64,000 bases of DNA from positions 1-64,000 of the forward strand of contig JALDZX010000020.1 in assembly GCA_022813865.1 (NCBI GenBank). Reading direction: 5' to 3'. This document shows, in pieces, positions 11,770-23,792 of the stretch. The first letter of the stretch is position 1. The number at the start of each line of letters is the position of its first letter. Origin of the DNA: Xylographa opegraphella. Lineage: Eukaryota. Position numbers and translations under genes: made by a program. Under the pieces are notes generated by a model. The model was not told the DNA's origin. It worked only from the letters and a program-made list of their open reading frames with translations, and ran no database searches.

Positions 11770-14700
11770 GTTGATGCTCGTGGACAGTTGAAGACTAGGA
11801 GCAAGCGTCAGTGATATAGACTCCAGGCCAAGTGCCGCCAGGAATGAGTGGGGGGACTCACCATCGAGCAGTATGGGGGTCCATCTTCGCGGGGATAACG
11901 AGCGTATTGCAGTCTGTGCAAAGCAGAGGTCAGCCATGTGCACAGATCCGAGGTCCAACAGATAAGAGGTTTAGGTTGTCATCGCCGTCAAGCGTAGAGC
12001 GTGACCCACGGGGAGGATATGACTGTCTCGGGAATGCCGCGAGACGGTAAGCAAGGAGACGGGCCTTTTTTCATTCCACATACCAGAGCGAGAAGATTTG
12101 ACCGTAGCTGTATAAGTTTTGCTGAAGGGGAAGTATGTGGCGTCAAGCGGGCAATGCAAGGAAACGGACGATGTTGATACAGAGTGGCAAGCAAGTCGAC
12201 AAGCCCGATTCAAGTGCCCGGCCAATATTGTTTCGATGCTGCCAGAGCGAATGTGAGAGACCAGCTCTAGAAGTGAACGAAACAAAGTACTGTGGGAAAA
12301 AGAACGAAGAGTCAATGCAATGCCAAACGCATGAAAGGTCGAGCGGGCATGAAGTATATGTAGCAGAGTTGAGGCAAGAGTACTTCGCCTACGTTTGAAC
12401 CCTAGAGCAGATCACGGGTGTGATAGCTCCAGGGCCCAGTCCAGGGCAGACCAAGCAGCCCTGGTAGAGATTAGCTTTTTCTCGGAGGGAGGGGTGTGGT
12501 GGTGGTGGTGGAGGAGGTGGTGGTAGTGGGAGTGGTAGTGGGTAGTGGTAGTGGGAGCCAAACAAGCCAGCATCATTGCGGGAGGGGAGGAGGAGGAGGA
12601 GGCTGATGTCTGATGTCTGATGTCTGGGATTGAGGCAGACATTCCCCCACCTCCACAGCGAGGTTGCAGCCCAAGGTACGGGGGCGGGCGCGTAGGCCGA
12701 GAGAGGGAAGGGGCAACCCTAACGACCGGGGGGGCATGAAGACGGTCTAAAATAGGGTGTGCCACTGCAACGCATTCCACATGGGGCAAAGCAGCCACGT
12801 TCAAGACGCTGACGCCGATATTGTTCTCGACGTATATTGCAGGTGCTCGAGGAGGTGTTTGGTCCCTCCACCCTCGTCAATGCAGACGATCCTCTTCGAT
12901 GTTGGAATGGAGAGGTACGGCGTCGAGAGCGGGTAGTGCAGCCCAGTGCAGCGCAGACGGGACCTTTCTTCCATTCGGCCATCCTCAGACTGCTACTAGC
13001 CGAGCAAGCAGGCAGCTGGGAGGAGCCGTGAACGTCCGTCCACGAGAAGCTTCGAGCCCTTTCAGCGGACAAGCTTCGCGCCAAGCGTCGTGACGAGACG
13101 GGGGAGTTCTGGTACGCTGTCCAGGCTCGAGCAGATAATCTGCCGTCGGGGGGTAAGGAGGTGCCCATTCGGTCATCGGATGCTGTCGCAGATTCGCGCT
13201 CTCCTAAGTCCTGAGACGGGGCGGACGGCCAGCAGGTGGTGGTTGGATGGTGCGACAATGCGTGCGGCAGCTTTTTTGCGGTGGAATGCCAAAAGGGCGG
13301 CTCCATGCCCCAACGGGCCTAGTGTGCCACCAACACGGTTCCGCTACCAAGCGAAAGCAAAAGCAAAATTGAAAAGGGCCGTCGAGGAGGTCGGTCGGTC
13401 CAGGACGGGGGATGGAGGAATGGGGGATGGGGGATGGAAGGTACTGTAGATGATGGATGAGCTACTGGCTAATGAGTAGTCCTCCATCGAATGACATCCT
13501 CGACGATTCCCGATTACTCTAGACTCTAGACAGACGGACTACAGTCTGGCTCATGGAGGTACCGCGGGCGAGAGCGTCTGCGAGTTCGGATGGTGCGTCT
13601 CATCCATCGCTCTGTGGCTCAACGGTATCTCCCTCGCCTCTGTACAGTAAGATAGTCCCCGCTCCTCGGTTCGTCGGAGGGCAAAATCGGGGCCGGACGA
13701 TTGTTCGCTTCGGGAGGGCTGCAGGTGCCAGGTGTGCCCGTGCCTGTAGAATGCCTGTATATCTGAGGCATTGAGCGACGGCATGTTTGAGATGTCCCAC
13801 CCACCACGCTCGATTCGCCCGAGGGCGGTAACTGTTCCGTGTGCCTGTCAAGACGCACCGAGGCCGGCCTTCAAGAGGGACCGACAGACACTGTAGCACC
13901 AGCGTTGTCGTGTTCGTGCGTGATCGGGTCCGAATGCAGTCGGTAATGCCAATGGTGAGCCAGGTTGAAGCGCCAGTCAACGCCGTCAATCATGACATCT
14001 GGCTGTCAGCAGTCTGATCGACGGGACGACTGGAGCCGCCCGTTCGCATAGTCCGCTCTGCATCCTGCGGGAGGGGCGTCGGAGTTACGCAGCAGATCGT
14101 AGTTGCTGGCCCGGAAATGCGTTCGTCAATCTGTTGTACCTCGCAGAGCATGCCAATGGCAATGGCTCCCCCAAAAAAGCTCCGGTGCCGAGACACTGCT
14201 GGACGAATATGCAGGTACCGGCACACTCACGAGCGTCGATACATGCATGGGCCCCCATCTGTTTCTTGCTACTGCCTAGAATGTCTACCACGAACGCTGA
14301 TGACTGTTTGAGCTTGCTGACAGCTCGTCGTGGTCTGTGCATGCGGACTATTTCCAGCATTCCTTCAGGCGGGGAATTGGAACTGTTTTGGATGTCTCGA
14401 CCTCGCTTGCTACCGTTACCTCTTTCGCAGCCATCTGTGTGGATGAGCGTTGTAGTGGGGTCGACGACGAGAATGCGGAGTGGCACATTACGATGCCACC
14501 ACATGGCACACGTTCACCTATTTTTTTGATGCTAATACGAATCAAACCGTATCCTCCGATGTGCGCAATCCACGTAGGCGTGGGACTGCCATCAGGACAG
14601 ATCCTACCGCCCCTGCATGTGAGGGCAGCGAATCCCTTCCGAAGGATACCTGCACCCCTGTGGATGAAAGGACACCGCAACGTCAAAGCGCCAAAGAGGC

Positions 14701-15381
14701 AAGGCTGTCAATACGCAGCGACACCGAGGTGCGTGTGCATTGCGAATAACGACTGCAGGTGTCAAAACGACCGGTCGCAGGCATTCTGTCTTCGCATCGA
14801 GTCCAACCAGAACGAGAGCACGATTGAGCAGGTGTTGGACAATTCGATCGGACGGACTCCGGTGATAGGCATGCTGTTTCAACTGACTGGCCTTCTCCAA
14901 TGTGAGCTCCCTTCGACTTGCTCTCCACAAAGACGGGTCAATCCTACTACGTCCGCTTGGCAGCCTGGCCCTCGTGGCAAGGTGGAGAGCATGGCGAAGC
15001 AGCGATGTCCACCGAATCCGACCCTTATTCCCGAGGATTCTTCCTCGAGGTCGACTCATTGTCCATGTCATTATCATCCTACCTCCGAACCCAGGCTCCC
15101 ATAGTCACGGACCATGACTCAGCCCCATCCGGGGACCTTGCATACGACATCGACCCTATTTCTCGAGGCTGATCGTCAATGCATAAAATACTGCGGCACA
15201 AACTACATGATTTGTGTCTGTCAAACCGTGCCGGCTATGGAGATCGAGCCGGACTGCGGCATGCAGAACACCGAGATACGAGAATGGCAGATTAGAGCGA
15301 GCAAAGAGTGTTGCTTGACATCCACCCCGCCTGGTCTTCGTCAACCAGCTCAGGTTGCACTGCTCGTCGACACTGCCGCGT

Positions 15382-15759
15382 TCACCACTCTACTCCGTAG
15401 ACCCTCACCAGCTCATCTTTGATCCACTTGGCCAGCGCGGGCGGGCCCCCTGCTTCGACGGTGCCAGGGGGCACACTTATGACTGGCATCTTCTCCACGT
15501 CCTCACGGCCTTGGATCCAAGCCTCGACGACGTCCTTCACCTCTCGCACCATGCCTCCGTCGAAGCCTCCCCCGATGATCACGCCGCGCGGAGTCGGGTT
15601 TAGACTCTCGAGCACAGCCAACAAGGCGGTCGAGTCCTTGTAATCAGTCATGATGGCTGCGTAGTGGAAGTGGGGTTGCAGTATGCGCTCCATCTTCTGT
15701 CCCAGGTCGCGGTGCCTACCAAAGCAGATGAGGGGGTTTGGAGATGAGGCAGCCGTCAT
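15382..15759 (-). CDS. Small intronless hypothetical protein (125 aa), alternating beta/alpha pattern with IIGGGF motif
   Basis: ATG start, globular composition, coding-like codon usage, TATATA at ~15947 upstream. Resembles an uncharacterised fungal family (from memory, not searched). Confidence 0.72.
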   Translation of the reverse strand: MTAASSPNPLICFGRHRDLGQKMERILQPHFHYAAIMTDYKDSTALLAVLESLNPTPRGVIIGGGFDGGMVREVKDVVEAWIQGREDVEKMPVISVPPGTVEAGGPPALAKWIKDELVRVYGVEW

Positions 15760-18732
15760 GATGGATGCTCACGACGTCGTGTCGGGATCAGAAACGGCAA
15801 GCGTTCTTATTTTGGATCAGCCGTCGACGAGGTGATTCGGGGTTCTACTCATTCGTCACCCATCTGCCTACCGGTTTGATGTCTCGTACAGTAGTCGAGC
15901 TTCAACTTGCGTGTGTGAGGTAGCCTTCGTGCCGTCTCCTTCAATCTATATAGAGGAATAGAACACCTTTCAGGCGGGGGCTTTCACGGCTTACAAACCA
16001 TGTCAGCTCTCAACCCCACCTTCAAATCCTTCCTTAGCTTCACTTCCCCACCGACCTGACCACCTAAGGTATCTACCATAGACAATGCAGTCGCGCACCA
16101 CAAGCCTCATCAGCCAGGCAGAGTGAGGAGCTCGAGGACTCTCAGCATTTGGCACAGGCAATTTCAACCATCCAGGGACGTTTCTACAGAACCAAGCTAT
16201 TTCTTGGAAGCGATGTGTTCGCGGCAAGCTTTCGCCTCCGGTCCTCCCTACCGCGAAATAGAGATAGGCTACATAGTATGTTTCGAGGCCTTGCCCGCGT
16301 GTGTTAGCGGGATGGCGAACAGTAGTTTGATGAACGGAAGTCAGTCTTGATTTTTTCCCTTGCACCGGAAGCTATGGTTTCGAACTCTTTCGATTCAAAA
16401 CGAGCTGCTACACTCTCCTCCTCGACCTTAAATTTGGGCGCGCTAGATATCGGATGTTTGGGGAGTTGGCCGCCTCCGTGCTCTAGGATAGACGTTTCTT
16501 CCGGGGCCCCTGATCCCATCTCGTCCGTGAAGGCGGGCACTAACGCAATTTGCTAGGCTTGCTAGGGGGCGCCGGGTGGGGATGGAAGGGGAGAGTGTGG
16601 TTCCCTAATGGATACATTAGGGGGCCCCCACTGGGCCCCCTGCCCCTCTTCTAGCGGGGGCCCAGGCCTCCGCCAGGAGCGTTTCCAATTGATGTTGAGA
16701 TTGTAACTCCACTTTGGTCAGCATAGATGGAAATCAGGAGAATAGGTAGAATATACACATCCGTTCGACCAGAGTCGGATAGCTCAGTCAGGACGCTCGG
16801 TACGGAGTTACAGCTGCAACAATCATGCAGGTCGCACGACGAAGGGCAGCCCGCGATGCATCCAACGTTGCCGTTACTTGCAAGATACACCTCTCGATAC
16901 TTGAGGTAGCGTCGACCTCGGCATGTCGTGCATTTCTGTGGTTGCCTCTTCGCTCTTTACGACGACCTGCTCCGACTGTAACCTCCTTCGCACAAATCCA
17001 ACATTTCACCCACCCCCCTTCCGCGCAGACCGTTTCTCATTGAGAGTTTGTCGCGCCTCTCTGTAGGTCACGTCTTGATCATCAACCTGGCAGCGTTACG
17101 GATTGTTTGCATGTCCGAATCGTTCTTGAGGTACCCTCGTCGTTGTGGAGGAACGCCCTCGGGCCATCATGAATGAGAACCAACACCCCCGTTTCATCTA
17201 CCTGCCGCGATTCTCGCTTTCCCAAGTTCCTCCGTCCGCGCGACCAACGTTCATTGCGCGCATCTACTCTATCCCTTCTTCTTCTTCCCGTTGACTTTTG
17301 GTCGATATGAACGAGTGACAATACTGCTCCTCCGATTGGCCGCGCTATCGTCAGACTTACGCAGTAGGCGGCTTCCTCCCGCTCCACGCCACCAACCGTC
17401 AAGCCTTTGCCACAGGAACATTCCACTAGATGACGACAGCTCTCGCACCGATCTGCCTTAAACGAACATGGCCCATTTTCTATCGAGCTTGGCAGATATA
17501 CATGATGTTTCTTTGATTGCTCTCACCATCGACATCGGTATCTGGTGCAGCAAGCCAACCCATGTTCATCCCTGCGGCAGAAATACGAGACTAACAAGAT
17601 CGCCACCACGAGCTGTTGATGGCAAAGTTCGGCTGAGCATCTAGGGAAGCACGATGTGGGCGTTGGGCGTTGACTGATCAGTCGAATCGTCCCGGAGTCC
17701 AGGATGACGAGGAGACTATAGCTTCTCGAACGGCTGGCGCACGCTATCCAGCGCCATTGGATCTGTTCCAACCCCAGGATGAAGAATGCCCTCGCCGCTG
17801 CTGGTGGATTGCGATGCTGCTGCTTGTTGAGCGAGGGAATCGCCGAGCTTCAGATGCCGAGACCTGGGCTCCAGGACCGTTCGTGGTCCACGTGTAGCGA
17901 GGCTGGCGCAGTTTGTGTGAAAGAGCTTGCATGAGGCGCATCTAGTCTGGCTTCGTGTTGGGATGAAGTTGAGAAGGATGGCGCACAGGCGGTGGACCTT
18001 TGCCTCTGAGGTTGTCGGTGCCGATGTGCATTCCGACACGAGCGACGGTGAGTTTCATTGTCGAGTGGCCGTACGTAAGCATCTGTGACACGCGGATGCT
18101 CAGGCTGGCTCGTGGAGTTTTTTTGCCACAATCGGCACGGAGAGTGTGTTACGCTCAGCATTGGCGTTGCCTCTGCTCGTGCTGTTTCAGGCTCGAGAGT
18201 ACGAGTCAAGGAGCAAGAATCGCCATTGGGATATGGCAAGTACTGTTGTTTTGTGCTGATTTTATGCAATCATTTCCTCTCCGATTGCGGTTTATTCATA
18301 CCTGTCAGATATACTACCAAACGCTTCATTTCACAGTGAGGGAAATACCCCGTGTCTTCGACCAGCTTTCATATCACCTGAACGACACACATTGTCTCCA
18401 TCTTGCCAAAGTGCATCCATCTTGCTAAAGCGCATTTCATGCTCAAACTGCATCGTGTCCAGCAGAGCCCCTTTAGCAGAAGATATTTCTTTCACAGCTA
18501 CTGAATCACATGCTATACCCTTTCCTGCTGCAGCAGGCCTCGTACGTCCATCAATGGTACACCAAAGCACCACATCAGCGATATCATTGATCCCTCTCTC
18601 ACATCCCAATCCCGCCGTGCGTTCCCTCTTTCCGCACCCCCGTCCGCGCTATCCGTCTCTTCTCTTTCTCTCTTCCCACCCCCCATCACCTCCTGCCCGC
18701 CTCCCAATTCTCTTAATATCGACGACCCACCC

Positions 18733-18781
18733 CACAAAGCACAAAGCACAAAGCACAAAGCACAAAGCACAAAGCACAAAG
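18733..18781. repeat. (CACAAAG)7 perfect heptamer tandem repeat
   Basis: Seven consecutive CACAAAG units, followed by a (CTC)n run. Confidence 0.95.
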
Positions 18782-19599
18782 CAAAAAACCAGCTCCTCCT
18801 CCTCCTCCTCCTCCTCCTGTCTCACCCATCCCTCCCACCCCTCGAGCAACCCTCCCCCTCCCCTTCAAAAAAGCCCCCACCCCATTCCTCCCCTCCCTCT
18901 CCTCCCCCTCCCCCCGACCCACCCTTCCCAACCCCAGCGATCTCCATAACCGGGCCTGCATCCTCCTACACTTCCATCTCCTCTTCCTCGCTGCGCCGCT
19001 CGTCTAGTATATTCATTCGCTTTTTTTTGGCAAGGGGGGCGGTATTTTTCGCTTTGTGGAGGTTTGGGCTTGTTGATGGTGGGTTTTGTGGGTCTTGGTT
19101 TTTGGAGGTTTTGATGAGGGAGAGGGAGGAGGGGGGAGTGTATGCGATCTCGCTTTGAGGGTGGGAGGGGGGAGGAGAGGGAGGGGGAGGTAAGGAGGGA
19201 TATATGGATGGAACTATGGATAGATGAACAGATACGCAACCCACACGCCCGATCGGCCCAGCCCTCCCTTCACTCGCAGAACAAAACACAACAGAGCACA
19301 ACAAGACGGTAGAAGGGGGGGGGGGGAGAGAGGGGGGCAATATATGTTATTCGTATGTTATGTAATGTAATGTTATGTATGTATGTACGTCCACGAATCA
19401 GTCCCAGTCCAGCAAAACACTCCCATCGCTGATGCTGCGCTACGCTATGCCCGGCTCCTCTCGCCACTCTCCCCCCCCCCATCCCCAAAAAAGGTCCACC
19501 ACAAACTTTCACCAGATCCACATTCCCCAACCCCCCTTGCTTCACGCCCATATCTCCCCCTCCCCCTCCTCCCCTTCCCCCTCCTCCCCCATAACCCAT

Positions 19600-21264
19600 C
19601 TACGCCCACCCCATACTCTCCAAAACAGCCCTCGTCTCATTCGGGGGCAGGCCACTGACGCCCAGCGCACGCACCTGCGTCCCCCTCCGCAGCCGCTGCA
19701 AGCCGACGGCGACCTTCCAGGCCTCCTCCTGCTGCAGCACGAAGACGTAGCGGGTATTCTCCTGGTCGCGGATGGAAGCGCGGAGGACGTGCAGGGCGTG
19801 ATAGTCGCCGGACTAGGACGCTGCGTCAGCAGGATGGCCTCATATCAGCCCCTTCAGAGGACGATCGGGATGGAGGAAGAGGATATGGGAAAAGGGAGAA
19901 AGGAGGGGAGAGGAAAGAGCACGGCAACGCACCTCGACCAACCTCAGCGTCCAGGCCTTGACATCCCACTCCCGCTGCGGCACACCGCGCACGTCGTCGT
20001 CGATGAAGAGGCCCTCGGTCGTGATGCGCAGCACGAGCCCGTCCGTGACGGCCCCGGCGCCGCCGACCAGCTGCGCCAGCGGCATCTTGGCGAACGTGCG
20101 CGTGAACGCGTACACGGCCTTGAGCACGATCTTGTCCGGGTCCTTGGTCGAGTACGGCCCGCGCGCCGAGGGCGGCGGCGTCGTGCGCGCTGTCGACTGC
20201 GAGGGGATGGAGGACGCGGCGGAGTAGATGGACGAGGCGGAGGATTTGTGCGATGGTTTCGTGGTTTTGGGCGTCGAGGGCGTGTCGTAGGGGCGGAAGG
20301 AGTAGGTGGAGGGGGGGGCCGTGTGGGCGGTGGGTGGGGGGGGTTTTTTGGTGGGGGACTGGGGGCGGGAGGGCGTGGGCGGAGGGGGTTTGTATGCTGT
20401 GGGTGGAGGGGGTTTGTGAGTCGTGGGTGCGGGGTGCGGAGATGGGGGGGGTGGGTCGGGGGGTTTGGCAGCAGCGGCGGCGGCGGCGGCTGCGGCGGCT
20501 TTCTCACGCCGTTCCCGGGCCTCTCGCTCTCGAGCGTCTTTTTCTCGCTGCTTCACCCGCTCCTTCTCCTCTTCCTCCCGCCGCTTGAGGTCCTCCTCGC
20601 GCTTTTTGCGGAGCTCGTCCGCCTTGCGCCGCTCTTCTTCCTTTTTCCGCGTTTCTTCCCGGGCTTTCTCCCATCCGTTCTTGGCCGAGGTCGGGTTGGC
20701 GGTCGGGGCCGGGCCGGTGGTGTTTCGCTGCCAGGTGGGCTTCGGAGGCGGGCGAGCGCCGGCACTTGGGGGTGGTGGGCCGGGGGTGGGCTCGGGCATG
20801 CCGCCGGTGGTGCCGGGTGGGGGCCCGGCGTGATGGCTGGAGCTGGCATTGGCGTACGTATTCGAGGCACCGGGGTTGTGATGGCTGTGTGGAGCGCCGC
20901 CGGCGCTGCCTCCTGCTGTCGAGCCTCCGGTCTCCAGCTGCGTCTTGCCCCACGCCCAGCCGGCGACGCCGACGCCTATCAACAGCAGTATGACCCCCGT
21001 TCCTCCACTGGCCACGATGGTGGCGAACCATTCTTTCAGCACGGGGAAGACGATCGTCCAGATGGCTACGGCGAGGAGGGTCGAGGCGACGCCAGCGAGG
21101 AAGCTGTTGCGGTGGGGCTGCAGCGACGGGAGGTAGAGGAAGCCCGACCCGGCGGAGTGTGGGGGGATGATGAAGATGTCGTAGTTACCGGGAGGGAGGC
21201 CGGACCGATTGCCGCTGGTGTCGCCATGGGGTGGTGGTGGAGGAGGCGGAGGTGGGGGATTCAT
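19600..21264 (-). CDS. Conserved hypothetical protein: N-terminal hydrophobic segments, Pro-rich linkers, charged coiled coil, C-terminal beta-rich domain; exons 21264-19933, 19812-19600
   Basis: The ORF 19840..21264 runs into an intron at 19932-19813 (GTGCGT...GCTGAC...TAG). The spliced C-terminus reads SGDYHALHVLRASIRDQENTRYVFVLQQEEAWKVAVGLQRLRRGTQVRALGVSGLPPNETRAVLESMGWA*. Confidence 0.85.
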
Positions 21265-23682
21265 GGCGAGACTGTGGCCACTGTGAGACCAGAGTCCGTG
21301 ATGGGAACTCGTTCAGGTTGTATTCGATGTGAGCGTTATAAGCACTGCTGAGAAGGTGAGCGTCGGAGAGGTTTGCTGGGTCGGTGCTTCATGATAATGC
21401 CGGTGCGCGGAGTGTCAACAAGCCGTCTGTGTGTCTCGCACCGTCGCAGATGTTCCTGATTACGAAACTGTCTCAGGAACCCCGGGTACGCTGGTTGTTC
21501 GCAATTATTCGGTCTCTGTCGTCTTGGTGCATTTGCGGTGTTCTGCAGGCTATGTTCTCCAGGTGTCAAGACTTTTGTTGTGATTGAAAAAAGCGCCCAG
21601 CACCCAAGTTGCAGGGATAAAATCTCATCCCACGAACCCTGCCTGCCGCGTCCCGTTCGTCTGTCAAACGGCGGGCGGCTGGCCGATGCACACCGATTAG
21701 GCACGGCGATATGGGATGGAAGGGAGATTATGGCACGGTCCGTCGCTGTGAGGAACGAGATAAAAATGGCTTTGGAGGTAAATTGTATCGAACGCGCTCC
21801 CCATCATCAGACCGTTACGATATGAGTGAATAGTCTACGGAGTGCACTACACCAACAACAACACACGAAAAGAGCAGACCATTACTCACAAGTGTACGAT
21901 GGATTACAGAGATGAGCTCCCATAGGTCCATCACCGACAAATCACGACGTTAATGGTGGGGAAGCACCGCCAAATGGGCGAATGGCTACCTTGTCGTGAC
22001 AGCGGTTGCAGTCCTACCAGACTTCGGCCTGCAGAAGTATTGAGCCTTACTCCTCGTGACTGGACGACTCTCGATGGCGTTTCCCAAGCTCACGATGAGC
22101 TGGCAGCCAAGCTCTGGCGGAGCAGAACGCGCGCTCGCGACTGCTTTGTTTACCTACGTCACTACGGCTTGCTAGACAGCGGGTCCGTCCAAAACGATCT
22201 GAAATTCATGTATTACAGCAATTGTCACCTTCACGCAAGACATATTTTCTATGTAAGGCAGGATTTAAAATATTGGCATATATGACTGCCGTGGAATTTG
22301 ATGCAGCAATTGGGAAGGATTGGATACCAGCTATTAGACAATTTTACGCAGGCTCGCCAGGATCGGCATCCGTATTTCGAGGACCGTCAGCCAATCGGAG
22401 AGCTTAGCTTGAAATTACGGGAAGTAATTGATGATTGACAGGCTCCTGTCATCTTCGCCATTTACTATGACATTTCGAACTCCGATTACCCAGTCCAGTC
22501 ACCATACAGACAACGCGAGCACGTAATCGGCATTATAAGTTTTCAACAATAGGTACCTTAGGGTGGTGGTTGTCCTTCTGCATGCGCCTTCGAATTCGTT
22601 TTCCAGATTCGACGCTTTGTCTTAGCCTAGTCTAATTTACCTAATGGGGTAATAGCGTGAAATTCTCATCAGCTCAGTCAACGACTGCGAAGTAGCTGTC
22701 AATCATGAGAATATATCACTGTCCAAAGGCATCTGAATTCGTGTCTGCCAGCGAATGCGGAACCGCTCTTATCCTGATAGCACACAACGTACCCCAGATG
22801 AAGGAGGACCTTTCGAAAGCACTGTTCCGCAGTCGGATAATACAATATCCTGTAGAATACAGACATTATCTCAATAATCCATGAAAGCAGTAAAGTTCAC
22901 AGTTATGGGCAATTGGGCAACGCTTCGGTGAGGCAGTTTCATCTATTACCATTAATGATTTCATCAATATGAAAAATGTATAAGGCCTACCCAACTCCTG
23001 ACAACCATTGGTAACATCATTGCGTATCTGTAAACCCGGCCACTCTGGGAGTGTTGGACATCTTAGCATACTTTCCCTTCTTCCTGATCTGTAATGATAA
23101 TTGAGAGTTGTTCGGACTGAAGATACCAGCGTGGAGTGGATATGATTTCGCGCATTTTCATCTGCTACGGCAATCTCTCTTTCGGCGTTCATAGGATTTA
23201 CAGCCGCTTGGGCGCTGCAGCTGAATCGCTTCACGAACGTGAGTTGCTTTGCTGAAAAGATAACTAGGAATCGGGTCGAAAGCGAATGGTAGGACAAGTC
23301 GTCGGTAGAAGAGTAGCTTCTATTTATAAAGTCAGATGACGCTTCCAAAGTATCCAGGGGTGAAAGAGATCAGGATCCAAAAAGCCTTGTCTGCATGGTT
23401 GAAGCAAAAGCTGACCTGTATAACTAACTAGCTTGACGGGATCAATTACCTGATCGCTGCAAAAAGGTTGAGTAGAAGGAGGTGGAGCGGAGATGCGAAG
23501 TGACCAAAAGAATAATGTTAATGAAGGGCATCGCGGAGGCGAAAAACTTCGAGCAGCAGTCAGTAATTTACATCCCGACCAATCACCATGAAAAGGCCCT
23601 ACATGTTTCGTATTTGGAACAGCCTGTGTTGCTGCCTCACTGGGATGAGCTGTGGGCATATGCAGTGGCATTAATATACTCC

Positions 23683-23792
23683 TGGTTCCAGCACAGGGAT
23701 TCGAACCCGTTGCTAGATAGGTGAGACGAGTTGCGGCAAAGCCATTTACCAACCCACACCAAGGTGCTCGTACGCACGCACCACCCGTTGGA
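23683..23792 (-). other. tRNA-like / possible SINE-head relic; not a canonical tRNA gene
   Basis: The minus strand ends ACGGGTTCGAATCCCTGTGCTGGAACCA: perfect B-box and exact tRNA spacing to CCA. The 5' TCCAACG can pair at 6 of 7 positions with TGCTGGA. No clean D-loop or anticodon arm, and no oligo-T terminator. Confidence 0.35.

Noticed and set aside
14337..15104. 255-aa ORF and neighbouring short ORFs in 12.7-15.3 kb
   Set aside because: Non-ATG start, no recognisable domain, no splice pattern I could build a gene from. Left unannotated rather than disproved.
19375..21351. 658-aa + strand ORF
   Set aside because: Antisense to a well-supported spliced gene; the Gly/Arg-rich translation mirrors Pro-rich codons.
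23683..23710. LTR-retrotransposon primer-binding site (TGG...)
   Set aside because: Not preceded by an LTR-terminal CA; no second LTR or gag/pol remnants recognised.
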